Assembly (NCBI GenBank): GCA_030390025.1
Contig: CM059425.1
Coordinates: 166,596,001 to 166,660,000 of the forward strand
Source: Squalus acanthias
Lineage: Eukaryota
Direction: 5' to 3'
DNA: 64,000 nt
Part shown: one piece after another, positions 27,411-41,341 of the stretch
Position numbering within the stretch: position 1 is the first letter of the stretch
How the letters are laid out: each line of letters opens with the position of its first letter
Position numbers and translations under genes: made by a program
Notes under the pieces: generated by a model
Databases searched by the model: none
What the model saw: the letters and a program-made list of their open reading frames with translations, nothing else
What the model was told of the DNA's origin: nothing

Positions 27411-27849
27411 AAATTAGATACAGAATCGCCAAAGCATATATAGATAGAAAACAAAGCATGTGTACTTTACAATTGCAGACCAATAAATTAAATCATCCTG
27501 ACTATCTGCCGAGGTGTGATAAAGTTAATTAAGTCAGCCAGGAAGGTACCACATCAAAGACATAGCAAGATACAACTGAGACAATGAGGTGTAGTCGCAG
27601 GGGTTCTAACGTGTCAAAAGCTGCCGTCTGTATGTAAAACGAAAAGCTTTAAAAATTTTTTACTTTTTTACTGGGAAAATTTTTACTTTTTTACTGGGAA
27701 TCACATCTGTGAACAAGCTAACGACGACTCGAGTCCGGATCACGTCATGTATCGTGACAATACATGTATACACATACATACATATATATATAAATATATA
27801 TATATATAGCCATGCACAGTTCACAACTCCTGTGCCCAACAGAAGAACT

Positions 27850-28055
27850 TCCCTGACTCCAATTTATCTATACCTGTGAGAATATTAATGGCCTTTATCA
27901 AGGCTCACTTGTATCCTTCTCCAGAGAGTAAAGTACTAGGGTAAACAATCTTTCCTCATAACATAGTCCTCTAATTTCAGGAATCAGCTTTTTCATCCTC
28001 CTCTGTACTCCCTCCAATAGTTATATATCCTTTCTGTAGTGTGGAGATCAAGAGG
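27850..28055 (-). mobile_element. Old CR1 fragment
   Basis: Degenerate match to the RT C-terminal region (YEERL..LGL.SLE.R). Confidence 0.5.
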
Positions 28056-28474
28056 TGTGCAAGAACCTTTGAAAAACCACAAAGGTAAGGTAAGAGAAAT
28101 AGTTGTAAAAGGACAGAGATCCCATATACTATGCTATTTTAATGCAAGTGATCTGTTGCAAACGCAACATGAACCAATATGGTGTGACATTTTAAATTAA
28201 TTATCAAAAGTTCCACAGAAAAGTGCTGTTGGGATACGTGGGGGGGAAAATCAACCTGCCTGCCACTGTAAGGAAACCATACCATGCCTTTAAAGTTTCT
28301 CAGGAAATGGAGAATGTTCATATCAATACAATTGCACATATGCCTACCGCAATTTACATCCTGTGCTTGAAATGTGAATGAATAGGTATGCCCTATGTTG
28401 TGTTTGGTATGATTGATCATTAATGATATATGTTTTTCTGTAAATCTAAAGTGCTACCTCCAACTCACCTTAAG

Positions 28475-29140
28475 ACATGGGTTGGTAACTGGTTGGGAGG
28501 TAGGAGACTGAGAGTGGGGATAAGGGAGCATTCTCTGATTGGTGGGTTCCCCAGGGATCTGTGCTGGGGCCACAGCTTTTCACCATATATATATTAATAA
28601 CTTGGATGAAGGAATAGGGAGCTTTATATCCAAGTTGGCAGATGACAGTAAGTTAGGAGGCACAGTAAGATGTGTACATGGGAGCAGGAAGTTACAAAGG
28701 GTCATAGACAAATTTAAGTGAGTGGGCAAAACTATGGCAGATCAAGTTCAATGTGGGGAAGTGTGAGGTCATTCACTTTGGATGTGAGAAAGACAAATCA
28801 GAATATTTTCTTAATGATGAGAGACTAGGAGCTGTTAGGTAGCAAAGGGATTATGTGCCCACGTACACAAATCACTAAATACTAGTGCACAGGTACAAAA
28901 AGTAATCAAAAAGGCTAATGGAATGTTGGCTTTTATCTCGGGGACAGTGGGGGGAGGGGGGGGGGGGTTGGAATTCAAAAGTGAGGAAGTGACGCTTTAG
29001 TTGTTCAAAGCCTTTGTCAGAGCTTATCTGGAGTACTGCGTTCAGTTATGGGCACCGAACTTCAGGAAAGATATATTGACCTTGGATGCGGTACAGCAAA
29101 TATCCAGAATGATACCAGGGCTTAAAAGGTTGATTTATGA
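28475..29140 (+). mobile_element. Degraded CR1 RT fragment
   Basis: [28 protein letters not shown] and KCEVIHFG relics. Confidence 0.8.
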
Positions 29141-29790
29141 GGCTCCCTCTGACCCCGAATGATCTGTCCTCAGCAAGGTCCTCATCTTCCTCCCCCATCA
29201 CAAGGAATTCTGAACTTGACATGATGCTGAGCTCTTCTTCTGCTGCCTCCGTCTCTGTGGGGGTTTTTCGGCTAGAGTTCACTCCCCTTGTGCATCTGAC
29301 CCTTTGTCCTCCCTTCAGTCTTCACTATCCATATGGCCCCCTACTCCTATCCTCTTGCCCTCTCTCAAAAATGTCATCAAAACCTGCCACCATGATATCA
29401 GCTATCTCAGTTTCTCTACTCTTATTTAGTCTAAACTCTCTCTGAACTTGCAGTAATCTGTTTCATCAGATCAACATCAATGAACCTGCTGACAAAAATG
29501 GTACCATTGTTATATGACAGACAGACATCTACTTCACTGAATTTTATTAACTATGCTTCCAATTTCCACCCATTCCTCACCTTCACATGGTTCATCACTG
29601 ATTTCTCCCTCCCCTTTCTGGACTTTCCTCTCTCTAACTCCAGTGATGGGTTTTCCACTGATATACAATACAAGCCAACTGACTCCCACAAATACCTGGA
29701 GTATGTTTCTTCCCACCTCATGTCCTGCAAAGACTCTATTCCATTCTCCCAGTTTCTCTGTTTCCATTGAATCTGCTCTGACTCTACTTT
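29140..29790 (+). mobile_element. Penelope-like RT fragment
   Basis: FINYASNFHP.LTFT..SLPFLD..STDI.YKPTDSH.YL.Y.SSH..CKDSIPFSQFL is the characteristic PLE RT C-terminus. Confidence 0.8.
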
Positions 29791-30235
29791 CAGGCTACAG
29801 GCCGACCCTGTACAGGAACCAATACAAAAACAAAAAGCAACCTACCTCAAAGTTGCGTGTGCCCCTTTAAGTAGTGCTGGTGGAAGGTCCGTCGTGCAGC
29901 TGAATGCACGTTCAGCTGTGTGTGCTTTGGAGAGGGCGTACAGTTGAATGGCGACGTTCAAAATAGCAGGTCGTGCGTCAAATCACATCACGATCTGCCT
30001 CATTACCATACTTTTGGCAAATGCAGGCAGTGGCCGTGCTACCAACCTGCACAAAATGGTGGCTACCGTCGCCCATGCCAGAAGTTGGGGGAAGTGAGAG
30101 GGCCGCCATTTTTTGCCAAAACTGTCCTTAACAGCCGGTGCTAAGGTGCCGAATTTCCCTGCCTCTGCGACTCAGATTATTCAACATTTGGGAATTGCCA
30201 CCATAGAATCTAAATCAATATCTGAGGAGCTTACA

Positions 30236-30520
30236 CAGAATCATAGAATCATAGAATGGTTACAGCACAGAAGGAGGCCATTCGGCCTGTCGAGCCTGTG
30301 CCGGCTCTCTGCAAGAGCACTTCAGCTATTCCCACTCCCCTGCCCTTTCCCTGTAACCCTGCAATTTTTTTTCCTTCAGGTACTTATCCAATTCCCTTTT
30401 GAAAGCCACAATTGAATCTGCCTCCACCACCCTTTCAGGCAGTGCATTCCAGATCCTAACCACTCGTTGTGTAAAAAGTTTTTCCTCATGTCGCCTTTGG
30501 TTCTTCTGCCAATCAACTTA
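30236..30520 (-). mobile_element. CR1 3' end fragment
   Basis: (CATAGAAT)n tail plus the CR1 3' UTR and end of ORF2, in reverse. Confidence 0.75.
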
Positions 30521-31499
30521 AATCACCAATCATCTTCTGCACAGACTACAGAAGAGAAGGCCAACAGGTCACCTCAGTTGAAGGCCCTTCCACATGATAA
30601 CCTTGCAAAAAGGAAAAGCTACTCTCATTTATACCTGTATAGCAAAGAGGACATCAGCCACAAGGTGCACAATTTGTTCCTTCAACATTCTTAACCCATT
30701 CCCTTGAGATAAAGAGAGGGGATACTGATGATTCAGGGTATCAAAATACATAACTACTGTTGTGTCAAATGCTTTTTTGTGCAACCTCATACTTTTAATT
30801 AAATAGATTCATTTTCTGACCCTTGTCCTCTGTTTCTTCTGTTATAGCATCTGAACATTAACTAAAGCCATCTCCTCTGAGTCTTCATGATATCATTGAT
30901 TGACAAGGGGAATTACAACTGAACTTGCATGGTAATGAGGCAAGAAAGCATGCAATCACAGGGAAATAATGTGTTTTGTGAACCTATAAATCAATGTTTA
31001 ATGTATATTTTAGTTTCTATAACTACAATTTTATGCATTTGTGCGACAGAATGTATAATCAGGTATAAACAATTGAGGATTAACTTTTTTCCCCAGATTG
31101 AGAAAGTAGTAGTCAAGCGACTAGTTCTTATATATCTGAGCTAAAGACTTGTTCAACATTACTTTTGTAATGTTTCCTACATTACAACAGTGGATACACT
31201 TCAAAAGTACTTGATTGGCTGTAAAAATACTTTGGGACATGAAAGATGTTATAGAAATGCTAGTTCTTTCTTTCTTTCTAACAATGAGTTATTGAGCCCA
31301 TTCTTCCCACAAGTAGATAATGCTACCACTCAGAGCTATGACAATTGACTAATAGCATTAGGTACATAGAGGTATTAATATCCGGGTATGCATGACATAT
31401 ACCTAATGATACTGGATATTACATGTATATATTAATGCTTTCCCCTCTAAAGTCCATACATCAAAGAGCAACACCCACAATCATGAGTTGAAGAGTAAT

Positions 31500-32455
31500 A
31501 ATAGAATCAGAATCTTACAGCACAGAAGGAGGCCATTAGGCCTGTCACACCTGTGTTGGCTCTTTGAAAGAGCTGTTCAATTTAGTCCAAGACTGCAGCT
31601 TTTTCCCCATAACCCTGAAAATTAGTCCTCTTCAAGTACATTCTAAATTTGTAACCTCTCGATACCAACCCACTTACCAGAGGAAACAGTTTCTCCCTAC
31701 TTACTCTATCAAAACCCCTCATAACTTTGACAGGTCGCTATTAGGTCTCCCCTTAACCTTCTCTGCTCTAAGGAGAACAATCCCAGTTTCTCCAACCTCT
31801 CCACATAACTGAAGTCCCTCAGCTCTTGTATCATCCTGGTAAACCTCCTCTGTACCCGCTCCAGGGCCTTGACATCCTTCCTAATGTGTGGTGCACAGAA
31901 TTGTACACAATCCTCCAGCTGAGGCCTAACCAGAGATTTGTGAAGGTTTAGCAAGACTTCCTTGTTTTTGTATTCAATGCCCCTATTTCCAAAGCCAAGA
32001 TTCATATGCTTCTTAACCACCTTATCAGCTTGTCCTGCCACTTTCCAAGATTTGTAAATATGCAACCCCAGGTCCCTCTGCTCTTGCTCCCTCCTCAAAA
32101 TTATATCATTTAGATTGTACTGGCACGCCATGTTGTTTCTCCCAAAGTGCATCACTTCACACTTTACTGCATTTAATTGCAGCTGCCGTGTGCCTGCTCA
32201 TTTCACCAGTCTGTCTCTGTCCTCCTGAAGTCTGTTACTCTCATGCTCACTATTTACTACATTGCCAAGTTTTGTATCATCCGCAAACTTTGCAATTGTA
32301 CTCCCTATACCCAAGTCCAGGCCATTTATATATAACAAGAAAAACAATGGTCCTAATACCGACCCCTGGGGGACCCCACTGCATACTTCACTCCAGCCAG
32401 AAAAACATCCGTTCACCACTACTCTCTGCCTCCTATCCCTTAGCTAATTTCATAC
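31500..32455 (-). mobile_element. CR1 3' fragment
   Basis: [28 protein letters not shown] and RRLRGDLI on the minus strand. Confidence 0.85.
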
Positions 32456-32604
32456 CCAAGTTACCACCATCCCGTTAATACCATGTGCTTCTATTTTCTA
32501 TTGCTAAACAATCTTTTGCTATTAGTTCTATCTTGTGCAGTTCAATCACAGTATATTGCACTCTGAAATTCAGTTCTGCTGCTATTTTCTCTGATCATAG
32601 CTCC

Positions 32605-32910
32605 ACTCACAGAATCCCCACAGTGCAGATAGAGGCCATTTCGGCCCATCGAGGCTGCACCAACACATATCCCACCCTATCCCGTAACCCCATGTATTTA
32701 ATCCCCCCTAACACTAAGGGTCAATTTATCATAGCCAACTCTACCTAACCCGCACATCTTTGGACTGTGGGAGGAAACCGGAGCACCCGGAGGAAACCCA
32801 CGCAGACACGGGCAGAATGTGCAAACTCCACACAGACAGTCACCTGAGGCCAGATTTGAACCCGGGTCCCTGGCACTGTGAGGCAACAGTGCTAACCACT
32901 ATGCCACCAT
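32605..32910 (-). mobile_element. HE1/V-SINE-like tRNA-derived SINE
   Basis: Minus-strand A box GGTGGCATAGTGG, B box GGTTCAAATC and V-domain GTGGGTTTCCTCCGGGTGCTCCGGTTTCCTCCCACAGTCCAAA. Confidence 0.85.
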
Positions 32911-33088
32911 GAGGTAAGTGCCTTTGCAGCACTACTGCTTGTGAGCTAGAAGGAGCAGAGTGTTTCCTCCAAGCCCATCAGGCTTAGCAGTAAAGCAACC
33001 CCCGTGATCTGTCTGCACCCACCGCCCCCCCCCCCACCATCGGACACCCTCCAACTTTTATTTTAATATTTTCCCTTGCTGATACAAT

Positions 33089-34581
33089 GGGTTGAATCTT
33101 AACTCCCAAAACCCGTGGGTTGGGGTCCGGTCAGAGGTTAAAATTCAAAGAATCGGCAACAGGAACCCAACCTGCCTTGAACACACCCACTTCCAGTTTA
33201 AACGGAGGCGGGACGAGGAGCGGACAACCAATCCGGTCGCAGGAGGCGGGTTGGTTATTTAAATATTACAATGAGGCTGCGTGCCGTCATTTTAACAGTC
33301 ATTCTATTTTGAACTCACGTCGGCTGGGTTTCGCAGGCCTTGGAAACCCGGCAAGTGAAAGGAGGCGAGAAAGGCTGAATCCATGAGGTAAGTGCCTTTA
33401 CAGCACCACTGCTTGTGAGCTAGGAGGAACAGAGTGTTTCCTCCAAGCCCATCAGGCTTAGCAGTAAAGCAACCCCCGTGATCTGTCTGCACCCACCGCC
33501 CCCCCCCCCCCCACCATCGGACACCCCATGACCACCATCAGACCCACTCCCCAGCATCGGAATCCCCGACCACCATCTGCTCCCCCCTGACCACCATTGG
33601 GCCCCCCATGACCACCATCAGACCCACTCCCCAGCATCAGAATCCCCGACCACCATCTGCTCCCCCCTGACCACCATTGGGCCCCCCGCCCCCGCGATCG
33701 GACCGCCCCTATAATCAGACCCAGCCCCCGTGATCGGAACACCCCCCCTCGTGATCGGAATCAACCCCCCTCGTGATCGGAATCAACCCCCCTCGTGATC
33801 GGAATCAACCCCCCTCGTGATCGGAACCCCCCGCGATCAGAACCCCCACCACGATTGGGACCCCCCCTGCGATCGGAACCAACCCCCTGCGATCGGAGGG
33901 GAGGATTTTCCTATGGGAAACCCAGAAGTACGGGTTTCCCGCAGGTCCTGCCAAATTTAACAGCAGGGCCTGTTTTAAATATTTTCAACATGGTTCCCTC
34001 CCGACAGCCAGCCAGATTGACGGAAAGCAGGGGGGAAAGCAGCCGATAGCGGATGTCAGGTTAATCCGACATTGCGGTGGGGGCGGGTGAGTTGGACATT
34101 ACAGGGGGTGAATGGGATGTCGTGGGGGGGGGTGCGTGGCGAACATCGCGGGGGTTGAATCGGCTGATTGCGGGCGGCCCACCGTGGGGCGTTTGAAAGG
34201 TACGCTTGGTGTGCCGTGGGAAGCACGCCTGTTCCTCCTGGCCCACAAGCAGTGCAATAAAGGCACTTATCTCATGGATCAAGTCCTTCTTGCTTCCCTC
34301 CATCTGCTGGGATCCCCAAGGCACAGGAATCCTGGTCTGCAGGTGTTAAAAATAAAACTTGAGTTAAAGTGGAGGCACGCAGCTCCTTAAAAGATTTTAG
34401 TAACCGACCTGCCTTCTGAGAGCAGATTGGTCGCCCACCCCGTCCCACTTCCATTAAATCCGGAAATGGGAAAGAATGAGTAGGCAGGTTGAAGGCAGGT
34501 TTGGGTCGGGTTTCCTGTTTTTTTCATTTGTAACCCCCCACCACCTCCTCTCCACCCACCCTGAGGGGTTAAAATTACTCC
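33089..34581. mobile_element. Harbinger-type foldback MITE with ~350-bp imperfect inverted arms and a central GATC minisatellite
   Basis: TSD AAT (33086-33088, 34582-34584); 33089-33440 is inverted-homologous to 34220-34581; internal 82-bp and 21-22-bp tandem repeats. Confidence 0.75.
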
Positions 34582-35169
34582 AATATAACTAAAAACATGA
34601 TACGGGTGAATGTCAGCGTGCATTCTTCCGATCATCCATTATAACTTTGGCAGAAGAGCCCCGGATGCCCTGTAAAAATGGCATAACCACTGTTACAATC
34701 AACGAGTGGGAGAACCACCGCGGGAAATTGCCCACTAATATTTAGACTGAGTTTACATGTTAATGAAGGATTCTACCAATACTTACAGGCAGAAAAACAT
34801 TTTAAAATGGCATAAAATGTGACATGATGCTGCTTTAGTGCTGCCAAGTTCCAACATAGGCCAACGTGGGACCCACACCTTAGCACACAAGTAATCGTAA
34901 CTTCATGCATGAATACAAACAACTTTCAGGGCATTTTGGGGAAGGCTTAGCCTGGGATGTTGGAGGCACTGAAAAAGCAGACTTTATTCAGGAAACGCTG
35001 ATGCTTAGACAGCACAGGACGCCAAAGTTGTCTACATAAAAGTGGCAACTACGTAGCTTCTGTGTTCAGGACTCCAGTCTAGTGCATTAAGAGCTAAAAT
35101 AACAGCTGGATTGAATAGCTATGTATTAAGTGCCAAATATACCTGGCAAAGTATTGTTAAAGACTAGTC

Positions 35170-35600
35170 ATGTTTGACAAATTTTAATAGAAGTGACTGT
35201 TTGGATAGTTAAATGGAATGCATTAGATGCAGTTTATATGGGTTTTCAGAAGACATTCAATAAGGTGTCTTACAAGAGGCTGTTAGAAAAATTCAGGCAT
35301 TTGTTACACGAGGAAATATAGCAGCATAGATAGAAACTTGGTTGACTGAAAAGAAACAAAGAGTTAGGGCAAATGTTTGTTGCTTGGACTGGAGGAGGGT
35401 TGAAAGTGGTGTACCTCAAGGGTCAGAACTGGATCCACTTTTGTTCTCGATATATATAGATTATTTGGAATTGGAAAGAGGGAGCAATTTTTTGAAATTT
35501 GCTGGCAGCACAAAAATAGGAGTGGTGGCAAACAGTGAGGAGAACTGTAAAAGACGTAAGGAAGTCAGGTTAGTTGAAAGGGCAGAATTTCTTGATCCAG
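35170..35600 (+). mobile_element. Old CR1 RT fragment
   Basis: DAVYMGFQKTFNKV and W..EKKQRV..SGVPQGS relics. Confidence 0.7.
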
Positions 35601-35739
35601 ACATGGGCATAAGATCTGAATAACAGAGGAGAGGAGAAAGTAGCTCAACTTCGAGACAGCATTTGACAATATATGACACTAAGGAGTCTTAGCAAAACTG
35701 AGGTCAATGGGGAGAGGGGATTGGGCAAAAAGAAAACCA

Positions 35740-36750
35740 TTCAGTGGCTCTATCTAACACAAAGGAACATGGTCGTGGTTGTCAGAGGCCAATCATTGAA
35801 GCCCCAGAACATCGCCGAAGAAGTTCTTCAGTGCAGTATCCTCGGCCCAACTATCTTCATCTGGTTCATTAATGATCTTCTCTCCATCATTAGGCAGGAG
35901 TGGGACTGTTTCATAATGATTCTGCAGTGTTCAACTTCATTCACAACACCTCTGATAATGAAACAGCCCATGCCAGCTCACAGCAGAATTGGGACAATCA
36001 TGCAGGCTTGGGCTGATTAGTGGCAGGTAACATTTGCACCACATAGTTACCAGGTAATGACCATCTTAAATAAGGAATAGCCCAATCACCTCACCCAAAC
36101 TTAAACAGCACCACCATCACCAAGTCACTCAGCATCAACATCCTGGGGTCACCAACAACCAGGAGCCTAACTGGACCAGCCTTATCAACATTGTGCCTAT
36201 AAAAGCAGGGCAGAGACTGGGTATTATTTGATAAGTGGCTTACTTCCTAACTCCTCAGATGCTCCCCACCATCTACAATAATGAAGTCTGGAGTGTAATG
36301 GAATCAATGTGTGCAACAACACTCAAGAAACTCAAGACCATCCAAAGCAGTCTGCTTGATGAGTGCTCTGCTACTGGACTCAATATCCAGCCCCTCCATG
36401 GTCTACTGTGGCTGCAGTATGTACGATCTACAAGGTTCACTGCAGCAACTCACCCAGCTTACTTCAGCAGCATGTCCCTCCTCCGTGACCTCTATCGTCA
36501 AGAAGGACAAGAACAATAATGCTGTGGGAACGCCATCACTTCCAAGTTCTCCTGCAGTTGGATTTTTGCTACCATTGCTTCATTGTCACCAGGTTAAAAT
36601 CCTGGAATCCCTATTGAATACCATTGTAGGCGCACCACCACCATAAAGACTGCAGCGGTTCAAGCAAAAGTCTCACCACCACATCCTCAGGGCTCCCAGG
36701 GATGGGTAATTATACAGCCTTGACAGCAGCACCCACGTCCCCGAGAACAA
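35740..36750 (+). mobile_element. Old LINE (CR1-group) 3' fragment
   Basis: WL..RNMVVVV.GQ, ILGPTIF..FINDL and QAWAD.WQVTFAP relics. Confidence 0.65.
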
Positions 36751-36772
36751 ATGAAAAAAAATGAAAAATGAT

Positions 36773-38423
36773 GGGACTCGATTCTATTAATGGAGGTGGG
36801 TTGAGGGTGGGCCTGCTGCTCGGCAGTTTTCCGACCCGTTCCCGGCTGCTGCCTCCTATCAGTTACTATTTTGGCTTCATTGGCCTCGTTACGGTCGACG
36901 TGCGGGTCCCTCCAGGCAATTGCTTGGAGGCTGTCAGTTTCTCGCGTCTGATGACGCGTTGTTTGAATGAAAATTTAAAGGGGCCATGTCCCCTTTGGAA
37001 AAAATGTCAATGGGATGAATTGGTGCTGTATTATATAGAAAAGGGAGTTGACAGCGTCTGCTCTGAACAAAATTTAAGGAATGAAATTGCTGGTCATATT
37101 ATTCTAGAAAGATATTTATGATTTTTTTATATATCAATTTATTATCTGACTATGAAATGAAAAAGATACCAGATTTGTTCCAATCATTTGCTTAGTAATA
37201 GTAATGCTTTTTTCTCTTAAAGGTGCTGGCTGCTGCAGGAACTGAGGCTGCACCCAGGTTCAATGAGGGCTCTCTCCATGCTCTTGCTGAGGGAGCTAGA
37301 AGACGTCAGGAGCTCCTCTTCCCTGGAAACGGAAGGAGGAGGCCTCCTCAGCAAACCAAGGCAGCTTGGCTGCAAATTGCTGAGGAGGTGAGTTCGAGGT
37401 CTGTGTGCAGATGCACATGGGTTTAGTGTGGACAAAGGTTTAATGATCTGCTGAGATCACCTAAAGTGTGGCCTCTGTGTTCTGGGAAATGGAAGTTCAA
37501 GGGTGAGGGCTCAGGGTGATTTCTGTGTAGAATGTTGGTGGTGACACTGAGCGCAAAGCACCGTTTATTGGACAGATGTTGCCTGGGGTTTTGAGAATTT
37601 GGGACTTATAGTCATCTTCATGTGCCAGCCACCTGTGGTTGAAGCATAGGCTTACGCGAATCTGGCATGGATGAGCGCATCCCTTGCCTGACGGCCAGCA
37701 ATGTGATTGCCTGCTGCTGGATTGGCCACATCCAGCCCCGCAAGGCATCACACCTCATTCATCTCCTCGTCCTCTTCCTCGTCCTCTTCATCTTCCTCCA
37801 AGGAGGCTGTGTGCTGAGCCACTTGTTAATCCAGCAGCACTAAACCGTGCTGCTCTTCCTCTGAATCTGACGACCAGCATGAGAGGATCTAAATGGTTCC
37901 CATCCCGTTGTTATAGATTTCAGTTGAGGCAAGAAGCTTGCAAGCGCACACTCAAAGTGGCCTGAAATTATTCCAATCAGTTCAAACAGCAGTGGGTGTC
38001 AGCTTGACCAGTCACAAGGTCAGTAGATTTGCAAAATCTTATCCCAATCCTCCAACAACAAAGTTGTTGCATTTGAATGCCAGCCATGTTATAGGGGTGC
38101 TTTTAAAGTTCTGCACCAATAATGACTACAGGTCATGTCCTCCACCAACTCGTCTCCTTGCAGCTGGACTGTTTCTGACAAGACGGGAAACAGGAGCCAG
38201 AGGCACGAAAATGGAAAACCTCTATCAAAATAAAAATATCAAGGCAGTTAACAGGCTCTTAACTACCTGTCCCAGCAGTTGGAGTCGGGTGAGTTTGGGA
38301 GCAGCTAAACAGACACTCAGGAAAATCGGGTGGGGGTGGGATGGGTGTCTGAAGCCATTTTTTCCAATTTTTGCAGCAGACCCGCCTCCAAATCTGTCTC
38401 CTCAGGGCTGTTAAAATCAAGCC
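36773..38423 (+). mobile_element. Degenerate Harbinger derivative with Myb exon 1 relic (37223-37470)
   Basis: AAPRFNEGSLHAL..LFP..KAAWLQIAEEVSSRS..TWV*CGQRFNDL; TIR-like ends GGGACTCGATT / AAAATCAAGCC. Confidence 0.65.
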
Positions 38424-38448
38424 ACTGGTTTCCTCCATTATTCAGATT

Positions 38449-39341
38449 GGGGGAAAAATTCAGTTGGTTGCGCCTCCCGTTAGCGCCTTAAGAGGGCGCT
38501 AATGGGGCGCAAAGCATCTAGCGCCCAGGCGCGGCGAAGTTTGCGCCGCTCGCGAAATTAACTAGACATTTTGCGGCGGCGCTAAACACTACCGCCACGA
38601 TCACCTGCGCCGGCAGATCGTGACGTCAGTCGAGTGCGCAACGCCCCGGTATCGCCCCGGAGCGGATATTGAGTGGCGCCCCCTGCCTTACTGCCTGACG
38701 CTAGCAACGACAGGTTGAGGGGAGCGTTCTGCAGTCATGAAGGGAAAGGGGGAGCGCTATTTAAAGGTGACCGCTTCCTGCCTTTTATTGTTGGTGCCAT
38801 TTTTGAACTACGCATTCTGAGATAGAGAAAGAGAGACTTCTGGAGAGATTCAACATTGTGTGAAGGAGTTTTGGGTACTGAGCAGCACTTTGCAGGTTCA
38901 TTTTGATTTGCCATTCCTTGTATCGATTTAGAAGAGACTGTGGGGGCTGCACTCTGAGCTCTTCGCCTGGTACTCTCCATTGTTCGTTCCAGCAGATTTG
39001 ATGTGCAGGTCTCTCCAGGCCGAGATTCAAGGCTGCAATGAGCAGGATGTGGATGGAAAGCAAGATAAACCATCCCCTTTAAGAACTGGCCCGCGCCATT
39101 GTGTGTGTGTTCCATTGCTGACTGACATCACATGAGCTTCGCCAGCGCTCTGAGGTAGCGCCTCGCTCCTCGGCCTTTGCGCCTTAAGACAGGTGTGCAG
39201 CGCCTGATTTAGCGCTCCAATCACCTCCAGGGGCGATAAAAGTCAAGTTTGCAGTCGGTGGCGATAATTAGCGCCAGGCGCTAATCTTTGCGCCCGGCCG
39301 ATAATTGCGCCCCAAATGGAGCGATACTGAATTTCTCCCCC
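38449..39341 (+). mobile_element. Harbinger MITE (893 bp), deletion derivative of the 661-4794 family
   Basis: TIRs GGGGGAAAAATTCAG / CTGAATTTCTCCCCC; TSD ATT; both arms align to the ends of 661-4794. Confidence 0.93.
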
Positions 39342-40496
39342 ATTGTCTTTTACGTTACAGACAACATGCTTCTTTTCTGTGAAAATAGGCTTTATAAATG
39401 CACACGGATACATAATTCACACATGCATATGTTTAAAAGTGATGATTAGAAGAAAGGATTGTTAAAATCCATCGATTAGTTGGAGCTGAAAAATTAAAAT
39501 CCATCTGTATAAACTCACTGGCATAGAGTTAATCTCAATGTACTTTTCCAGCTGCTTCATTCAGTAAGGAACTGCTGCATTGACCCAGCAGTGTTTGACA
39601 GTTAAATATAATGTTCTGTTCGTGTGGAAATCCTATAAAGAAAGCCAAAAGCATTATAATCTCCAATGTCTAAATTGTGAGGCATTTTCGGCAACATGTC
39701 TGCTCGATGGATGGAGACTGAGCAAATGAAACAGTTCACTGATTAGCTAGAGGGAGGCTTTATTGAATTTGAAGACCTAATTGTTCGATGATTGAACAAC
39801 AGAACATATCCTATGACCTGATTTAAGAGTGCTATGTAGAGAGAGAAATTTCCTTTGTTCATTGAACTAACCTGTTCAGGATGCTTTTATAGTTTTATTT
39901 GAGTTAAAGACTTAAAATGAGCCTCTCGTTTCATTCTGCTTTGCCATAGCTTGAGGTATTGCAAATCAATCTAATCAAAGGAGAAAGTTGTACAAACAAC
40001 AACAATCAACATCACCTCCTTCAAGGGCTTAAACAAATGGCTGCACTGTCTGGTAAATTTCAAAAAACAGCACTGAATTTTTTCCCCCCGTACATATCTC
40101 AAGGTAGGAGTGAAAATAAAAGATTTTAAAATGTAGTTTATATAATAGAAGTTATAACAATCCAGAGCTTTCACTGTGGCGATTTACTGACTTGATATGG
40201 ATAGCCCTGGGAATAAGAGTTTTCAGTCTAATTGTCTTGTCCTCCCCTTTCACATCAATCTCTTCCAACTCACTGAACCAGATCCTCCTGGAGTGATCTC
40301 GTCCCCTGTCTAGGTTCATGTCAATTGTTTTCAATCAGAAATATTTTGCCATATCTGTTGTGTATTTCTAATTTGAATTAATATGAAAAATTGTTTCCAG
40401 CCTGCTTTCCACTATGTTTTGCACAATATAGTGCGCCTATATTGCAACTGTAAAATCTGTTAAAACTGTCTATATGATATATTTTATTAACACATT

Positions 40497-41341
40497 GGGG
40501 GTAATTTTAACCCCCAAAAACGGGTGGGTTTGGGTTGGGTGGGAATTTACATTGTTTTAAATTTTAAAAACTGCCTTGAACTTGCACACATGCGGTTTTA
40601 ACGGAGGCGGGACAGGGGGCGGGTGACCAAACCGCTCTCAGGAGGTGGGTCCCTAATTTAAATATTTTAATGGGGCTACGGGCCTGAGATTTTTTCTTAG
40701 TTCCAGCTTTAACACTGGCATACGAGTTTCTCAGGCCTTGGGAAAAACGGCAGCGAGGACTGCTGGATGGACGGGGTAAGTGCCTTTTCAGCCTTCTGTT
40801 TGTGGTCCAGGAGGAGCAGGAGTGCTTCCCCCCACCAACCCCGGCACTCCAAACAAACCTGCCAACCTGCCCAGCAATCGGACCCAACCCCCCTCGTGTT
40901 CTGATGCCCTCATGATCTCCTCCCCAACCTCTCCATGTCCTCCATGGCCCCGCACCCCCCACTGCAATCTCCTCCACGGGCCCCACACGATCTTCTACCC
41001 TCCTCCCCCGATCTCTCTGCCCCCCGCCCCCCCATCGATGCCCCACCAACCCCTGAACTCCCCTGGCCCCCCCCCCCCCATCAATGTCCTCCCCAATCCC
41101 TGATCTCTCTCTCCCTCCCTCCTCTAAGCTCCCTGGCTGGGGCCTGGTGCTGCAGGCCTACCTGCCCGACAACCAGCCAGCCACTTTATCTGGCTGCAGG
41201 TGGGAAACGGATTCCAAAAATGGTAATCAGGCCTTGCCATTAAATTTGGCAGGACCTGAGGGAAACCTGTTCTTCCGGGTTTTCTGACTGCTAAACTGTC
41301 CCATCCTGCTCCCTCCTCGCCTCCCCATAAATATCGGGGCC
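40497..41341. mobile_element. Harbinger-type MITE with C-rich core
   Basis: TSD ATT (40494-40496, 41342-41344); left arm homologous to the arm starting at 33089. Confidence 0.7.

Noticed and set aside
33749..33900. CRISPR-like short repeat array
   Set aside because: Head-to-tail minisatellite with no unique spacers and no cas genes, in a eukaryotic context.
39350..40490. Host exon or conserved element in repeat-free AT-rich DNA (also 10160-11050, 18340-19240, 25600-26680)
   Set aside because: No ORF with recognisable homology or convincing splice pair; conservation cannot be assessed without alignments.
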